The notes under the pieces: generated by a model | Told to the model about the DNA's origin: nothing | What the model saw: the letters and a program-made list of their open reading frames with translations, nothing else | Database searches by the model: none | Made by a program: the position numbers and the translations under genes | Shown: positions 58,077 to 64,000 of the stretch, in pieces | Position numbering within the stretch: position 1 is the stretch's first letter | Layout: each line of letters begins with the position of its first letter | Source of the DNA: Saprolegnia diclina VS20 | Lineage: Eukaryota | Direction: 5' to 3' | Length of the DNA stretch: 64,000 bases | NCBI RefSeq assembly: GCF_000281045.1 | Contig: NW_008246105.1 | Coordinates: forward strand, 467,762 to 531,761

Positions 58077-59060
58077 TTACGTGAGAATGTCGGCGCCCGA
58101 GTCGGTGATGAGGATCGTGTGTTCGAACTGCACCGAGCGTCCTTCGTCGGCCGTCGAGACGGTCCAGTCGTCGTCCCAGTAGACAATCTAGTACATCAGT
58201 GCTGTCATGTGACGTTGACGCATCCGCAGCCATCGTACCTCGTTGGAGCCTTCGCACAGCGCGGGCTCGATCGTAAAGGCCATGCCGGGCAGCATCTCGC
58301 CACGCTCCGTGTTGGGGTAGTGAAGAATGAAGGGCAGGGTGTGGAACTGCTGGCCAATGCCGTGGCCGCAAAACTCGTGGACGACCGAGAAACCCTCCGC
58401 CTTGCTCAAGTTGTGGATGTGGGCACCAATGGCCGAGAAGGGCACGCCCGGCTTGCAGAGCTCGATCGCCTCCAGGAGCGCTTGCTGCGTCGTGGCGACG
58501 AGCTTCTTGCCGGCGTCGTCCACGTTGCCGACGAGGAACGTCGCCGACGTGTCGCCGTGGAAGCCATTCAGGTACACGGAGATGTCGAGGTTGACGATAT
58601 CGCCATCGAGGAGCGCGCGACTACAAGGGTTCATCAAGTCGCGTCATGGTAGCATCGAGGTTGCCTACCTATCGGGAATGCCGTGGACGACGACCTCGTT
58701 CACAGACGTGCAGATAGACTTGGGGAAATGACCATAGTTCATCGGCGACGGGTACGCGTTGCGACGGATCACCTCATCGTGCACTTGGCGATCGATCTCT
58801 TCGGTGGTCTGGCCGACCTCGACGAGGCTGCCGGCGTAGGCCAAGATGTCCTTGGCGAGCGCGCAGGCGTCGTGGAGGCGCAGCTGCTGGTCCTTGTCCA
58901 GGATCGGGATGTAGCGCGTGAACGGGGGCATCTCGCCCGACGCAGCGTACGGCGGCCGCTGGATGTGCGCGGGGATGCTGCGCACCGGCGACACGAGGCC
59001 CTTCTCGACGGCCGCGCGGGTCGCGAAGGCGCGGGCGTGGCGCTGAAGCTGGCGGAACAT
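58077..59060 (-). CDS. METAP1D: Organellar methionine aminopeptidase type 1 (3 exons)
   Basis: Presequence [47 protein letters not shown]...[31 protein letters not shown]. Confidence 0.93.
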
Positions 59061-59080
59061 GGTGGATTGCGGACTGCGAG

Positions 59081-59284
59081 TTTTGACCAATCCCAAAAAT
59101 CCACATCCAGAGCCCTCTCATTGGGTGCTTCGAGGCCCGCGGTGGCCTCTCGAACAAAGCACATGCAGTATTTTGACCAATGAAACACTGAGTTCTTTTG
59201 TCCAATCCCACGACACGCAGGCAAAAAATCCCATTTGATTGGTACAAAATGACCAATCAATGACAGACCCGACCGAAAGATTGG
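59081..59284. promoter_or_regulatory. Cluster of seven CCAAT boxes in both orientations
   Basis: ccaat at 59087, 59177, 59202 and 59253; attgg at 59120, 59238 and 59280. Confidence 0.7.
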
Positions 59285-59347
59285 GTATGGCGACCGCCCA
59301 GCAGCGGGACGAGGCAATAAGTCGATAAGATTACGGAGATTTGGGCG

Positions 59348-59936
59348 ATGGCTTCAACTGGTGCTTCCGGCGCCGAGGACGTCGCTGCGACGGTAGGAAG
59401 CGGCTAAGGCGCTTGAGCTTGTCGAGGTGCCAGGCCTGCCACCTAATGAGAGCAGGTGTCGTCTTGGCGCGCTCGTTGCTGCAGCGCACAATAGTACCTT
59501 TTTCGAATCCGGCGAAATCGTGTCTGGTGCTGGCGCAAGAGCTCCTTGGGGGGGACGTGGAGGCACGAGTTGATCTACGCACGTTGGCGTGAGACGTCGA
59601 GCGCCACAAGGCATTGCGCAAACCCCGCTGTCGGCGAGGACGCCGAGCGTCGACTTCTAGTCAATCTGTGAGACATTGTGCAGCAATGGCAGCGCACACG
59701 TACCGCAGCCACCCACGGTGGAGTGGCTGGCCGCACGATCTCGTGTTTGCTACGCACTGCCGCATGAGGAGGTCCGCAGTTTGGTCATGGGCGCCTACAT
59801 GGTTGCAGTCGACGCGGCGCTGTCGCACTTGTCCCAGTCGCCGACGGCCTACAAGCCGCATGAGACCACGTGGGCATGGGCGCGACTATGCGTACCGCCG
59901 TCGCGCCGAGAGGCGTTGTCATCAGCGGATGACTAA
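59348..59936 (+). CDS. Possible small spliced hypothetical gene (structure unresolved)
   Basis: ATG 59348 follows the CCAAT cluster; a donor-like GTAGG at 59393 and protein-like frames (CLVLAQELLGG; PTVEWLAARSRVCYALPHEEVRSLVMGAY) follow. A clean splice path was not established. Confidence 0.3.
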
Positions 59937-60077
59937 AGTGCAGGAGCTGCTCGGCCACGAAGAGGGCTTCGAGGTCCATCGTTCGGATTTTAAAATCTGG
60001 ATTGCGATCTTTTTTTCAAAACTACCGAAACGCTGGCAGGAATTAATTTCTCGTTAAAATTTATACTCTTAGACGCT

Positions 60078-61196
60078 TTACTCGACCTGGAAGACGATCG
60101 ACTGCAGCGCGGGCTTGCGGTTGTCGCCGACGTGGTCGATGGCGTAGTCGAACTTGACGTTCATGAGGCGCTGGTTGTCGTTGCGGCGCACGACAGCGAT
60201 CGTGCCGCGAATGACGTCGCCGGCGCAAACCTGCGTGGGCGGGCAGAGCGCAAAGGCCTGCTGGCCCCAGTGCGTCGGCTCGACGAACGGCGACGTCGTG
60301 AGCGTCACGGGCGTGTGCGCCGGGTTTTCCTTGGAGCCCTTGAAGTCGACGTCGAACCAGCCGCCAATCGCGCCAAAGCGCGTCGTGCTGCCGACCGTGA
60401 ACGAAAACTCTGAGAAGACGGACGCAACGTCCTCGATCGTGCACTTGTTCAAGTCGAGCGACTTGATCGTGACTTCTTCGCCAATGACGTCGCTCGGGTT
60501 GAGCTCAAGCCACTGCGACGTGTAGAGCGAGTAGAGCTCCTGCTCCTTGCGGAACGCGTTGCCGAGGCACGAGTAGTCGACGCCCCACTGCTCCTTGGTC
60601 TCCGAGACGAACATGGTCCAGTCGTCCATCGCGCTCGAGAACTCGCTGAAGCGCTTGAGCGCCGTCTGCTCGAGGCCCAAGGGCGCAATGTACATCTGAG
60701 CGTGCGACGGGTACAAGGCACCACCCGGCTTGAGCCAGCGGTCGCGGGCCACGATGACCGAGTCGAACATGGACTCGCGGAGGAGGAAGTAGCCCATCCA
60801 CTCCGAGATGATGATGTCGACCTGCTCCGGGAGCTGGATGTCCTCGACCTTGGACTGGATGACCGTGATGATGTGGTCCTGCTTGTTGGCGGCGATCACG
60901 TTGCGCGCTTGCACGGCCATGTCCGTAGCTTCGACGGCGTACACCTTGCGGGCGCCGGCCTGGGCGGCCCAGATCGACAAGATACCGCTGCCCGTGCCCA
61001 CGTCGAGCACGACCTTGTCCTTGAACGAGTCGATGTTCTCGAAGATCGCTTCGCGGTACCGCTGCATGCGCAAGTGGTCCGTGAGCATCTGCTTCTGGTG
61101 GTAGATGAAGCCATAGGTGCAGAAGTAGTTGGCAAAGTCCGAGCTCTTCTCCCAAGCGGTCTTGGCTTCGGGCGTAAAGTCGGCGGGGGCGCTCAT
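60078..61196 (-). CDS. PRMT10: Type I protein arginine methyltransferase, PRMT10-like
   Basis: NYFCTYGFIYHQKQML, VLDVGTGSGILSIWAAQAGARKVYAVEAT, double-E loop ISEWMGYFLLRESMFDSV, THW loop PTHWGQ. Confidence 0.88.
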   Translation of the reverse strand: MSAPADFTPEAKTAWEKSSDFANYFCTYGFIYHQKQMLTDHLRMQRYREAIFENIDSFKDKVVLDVGTGSGILSIWAAQAGARKVYAVEATDMAVQARNVIAANKQDHIITVIQSKVEDIQLPEQVDIIISEWMGYFLLRESMFDSVIVARDRWLKPGGALYPSHAQMYIAPLGLEQTALKRFSEFSSAMDDWTMFVSETKEQWGVDYSCLGNAFRKEQELYSLYTSQWLELNPSDVIGEEVTIKSLDLNKCTIEDVASVFSEFSFTVGSTTRFGAIGGWFDVDFKGSKENPAHTPVTLTTSPFVEPTHWGQQAFALCPPTQVCAGDVIRGTIAVVRRNDNQRLMNVKFDYAIDHVGDNRKPALQSIVFQVE

Positions 61197-61450
61197 CGTC
61201 AAGAGGTTGGTTGGCTTGCGGCAAGCTTGGGGAATGACAAGATCACCAGTAAATGGGAATATTCACTTTGAGAGGTTGCTTACATCGAGTCTTCGAGGTT
61301 GTTTGCTTCAACCACGCAAGATCTATTTGCGGCATTTCTCGCGTTAGAGGGTATCATTCGGCATATTATGCCGAGAACAGTCCGTCAGCCAGAATACGCA
61401 TGCCGAATGTTCCAGTATATATGGCATGTGCCATAATTACGAACGCTCCA

Positions 61451-61975
61451 ATGTCGAAGCGCAAGCGACCGGCCGAGGATGTGAGCCGCCACGAGCACGA
61501 AGCCATGATGGCCGACTACACGACGTGGTCCTCGTCGGGCGCCGTGCTGGTGACCGAAGAAGAGGCGGCGCTGCGGTCGCAGCACCAGTTCCTACGCGAC
61601 GACGAGGCCGACGCTGTTGCCGGCGCCACTGACTGGCGCGTGCGCATGGCCGTTCGCTACTACCAGAAGCTCTTCAAGGAGTACGCGCTCGGCGACTTTA
61701 GCCGATATACCGAGGGCAAGGTTGGCCTGCGCTGGCGAACAGAGGCCGAGGTTGTCCGCGGCAAAGGCCAGTTTATCTGCGGCAACAAGCGCTGCGACGC
61801 GACCGACGAGCTCAAGAGCTACGAAGTGCTCTTCGCGTACGTCGAGCAAGGCGCCAAGAAGGAGTGTCTCGTCAAGCTTCGGGTATGCCCGCCCTGCGCG
61901 GCCCAGCTCTTCTACAAGAAGACGGCCAAGAAAGCGGCCAAAAAGGCAAAAAAACACAAGGCGGCGCAGGACTAA
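61451..61975 (+). CDS. FRA10AC1: FRA10AC1-like protein
   Basis: HQFLRDD, YYQKLFKEYALGDFSRY, LRWRTEAEVVRGKGQFICGNKRC, YEVLFAYVEQG.KK..LVKLRVC..C. Confidence 0.93.
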   Translation: MSKRKRPAEDVSRHEHEAMMADYTTWSSSGAVLVTEEEAALRSQHQFLRDDEADAVAGATDWRVRMAVRYYQKLFKEYALGDFSRYTEGKVGLRWRTEAEVVRGKGQFICGNKRCDATDELKSYEVLFAYVEQGAKKECLVKLRVCPPCAAQLFYKKTAKKAAKKAKKHKAAQD

Positions 61976-61993
61976 CATGGTTTACTATGGTCT

Positions 61994-63220
61994 TCACACG
62001 CCTCGCTGGTTGTTGAACTGGAACGTCTGCTTCTTGGCGGTGCCAAGGAACTTCTTCTGCAGCGCCTGCATCTCTTCCACCTGTTGGCGCAAGAGAAAGT
62101 TCTCCTTCTTGAGGTCGATGTGCGCGGCAAAGGTGGTTGTCGAGCTCAATCGACTCTGGTACTGCACCAGCTCTGCCTGTAGCGACTCGACGTGGTCCCG
62201 CAGCTGCTGGTTGTCGCCTATAAGAACGTAGTACGTAGCGCTTCGAGACGCAGCGTGTACGTAGGAGCTGCTTGTTGCGCGCTAGTGTAGGGCGCATTGC
62301 ACTGTCGAGCGCCTCTTGGCTGATCGCGGGTGTAACCTCGACCTTGATGCTGGGGGTTCGGTCACATTTCGGCGACATTTCCCGTAGCTGGCTGACTTCA
62401 GCTCGTGCACCTTGCAGCTCCTGCACGACGAACTCCATCTGTGCAGTGTGTCGTCAACGTACATGTAGCTTCGAGGAATCGTACCTGGCGCTCTTTGTCC
62501 TCGAGCGTGCGGTACAGCGCTGCGTGCTCGTTCTCAAACGCCAGCTTCTGCGCTCGAAGGGCTTCAATCTGCTCTGTAAACGTCTACTAGCATGTGAGTG
62601 GTTGAGGTACTATTGCTTGCAGTAAGTACGCACCCATTCCTTCTTCTGAAGCTTTTCGATCGTGTCGGCCATGCGGAGGCACTCGCCCTCGGCGTTGGCG
62701 CGGGCGTCCAGCGCCTTGGCAAGTGCGTCCGCGTCTTGGTTGCTGCGGGCGTCGGACTTGGCGATATTGGCTGCCAGCGCCGCTTGGAGCTCGTCGCGCT
62801 CGCGTGTGGCGTCGACAACGAGCCGCTCCTTGGCACTGAGATTGAACTCGAGGTTGTAGTTGGCAGCTTCGAGCTCATGCACTCGCGTCTCGAGGGTGGC
62901 AACCTTGGCGTTGTCCGATGCCATCGCCTACGATAGAAGTCTGGAACTTGGCGCAGTATAGCGTAAAGAATAGGCTACGGGCGAGCGCTGGAGCCGCTCC
63001 AGCTCGTTTTCGAGCTCCACGACGCGCTTGGAAAGGTCGACACCCTGCCCCATGGAGAGAGGAAAGGCCTGCATGTACCATTAGGCATGTGCAGTGAAGG
63101 TGCTCATACCTTTTGCGACAACGTCTTCTTCATCTCGGCGTTCTCATCCAGCGTCTTCTGCAGGAGCTCCAGCGTCCGAACATGCTTGGAGCGCAACTGC
63201 TCGGTGGTTCGGTCCATCAT
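61994..63220 (-). CDS. Coiled-coil hypothetical protein, multi-exon
   Basis: ATG 63220 (MMDRTTEQLRSKHVRTLELLQK). Heptad-rich exons separated by short GT-AG introns end ...QVEEMQALQKKFLGTAKKQTFQFNNQRGV*. Confidence 0.7.
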
Positions 63221-63595
63221 CGCAATAGCAACGCACTAGTGGCACCCAACTTTTAGGCGCCAAAGCTGCGTGAAGGGCAGTGTACCGTACGAGAAACTTT
63301 TCTGTGCTCCGACATACGCGCATGCGTGGAGATGCATAGTATGAAAAGCTCCATTGCTCGCTAGCATCCCTCCCGCCCGACGGTGCTGCGCGAGCTCCGA
63401 GTTGCGCTGCGTGTGTCTAGCCTTGTCATCCTCAGATCTATTTTTAGAAGCCGCACCTGGACCTAGGTGGAAAGCGCACCTGTCTCTGTTTTTCGTCCAA
63501 TCGATGCCTGGGAACCACGGCTTTCGTGAGGTGTTTTGACCAATCAAAAACGGCGTGGCGGAGCTTACGAAAGGACTGGTAGAAGACGAAGCGCG

Positions 63596-64000
63596 ATGAC
63601 CAAGTCCAAGAACCAGAAGAAGCAGCGCGACTCGTCCGTGCGCGGCTCGACCAAGATCTCCAAGAAGGCCGCCAAGGGCAGCGCCAAGAAGAACGCTGCC
63701 AAGACCACGCAGGTCGTCGCCAAGCCCGCGGCCAAGGGCGGCAAGAAGGCCGGCCTCTCGGCCATGCAGGAGCAGATGAAGCGTCGCTTGGAGGGCGGCA
63801 AGTTCCGCATGCTCAACGAGCAGCTCTACACGACAACCGGCGTCGAGGCGTTTGAAGAGTTCCAGGCCGAACCCGAGCTCTTCGACACGGTGCGTCGAGC
63901 TGGTTGTCCTCTTGCTTGATCAAAACATTGTGTAGTACCACGAGGGCTTCCGGGAGATGGCCGAGAAGTGGCCGCTGAACCCGCTCGATACGTTCATCAA
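63596..64000 (+). CDS. RRP8: Ribosomal RNA-processing protein 8 (25S rRNA methyltransferase), truncated by the window edge
   Basis: RLEGGKFRMLNEQLYTT.G.EA...F..EPELFD, then an intron, then YHEGFREMAEKWPLNPLD. Confidence 0.92.

Overview
Gene-dense eukaryotic DNA: GC-rich coding regions, many very short (about 40-55 nt) GT-AG introns and CCAAT-rich promoters. An oomycete-type INR+FPR core-promoter match and the gene content suggest a flagellated oomycete, probably Saprolegniales (inference). There are about 31 protein-coding genes and one 550-N assembly gap. No rRNA, tRNA, CRISPR array or intact mobile element was recognised. Recognisable genes include TSR2, mitochondrial uL4, DRC11/IQCA1, PLK4-like kinase, RNPS1, a TKL kinase-PH-SAM protein, OSCP, RRP45, CCDC22, delta-9 desaturase, SEC3, RPL4, NAC-alpha, RPL26, a spinster MFS transporter, mitochondrial Hsp70, MetAP1, a PRMT10-like enzyme, FRA10AC1 and RRP8. 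The two strongest leads are (1) a spliced gene joining an immunophilin-type TPR domain to two dsRNA-binding domains (53596-55174), a candidate RNAi or antiviral adaptor, and (2) four tandem paralogous multi-pass membrane proteins (6088-14982) arranged as two tightly abutting pairs, each joined across a TGA stop by an open +1 frame. All family calls come from motif recognition by eye; no database search was run.
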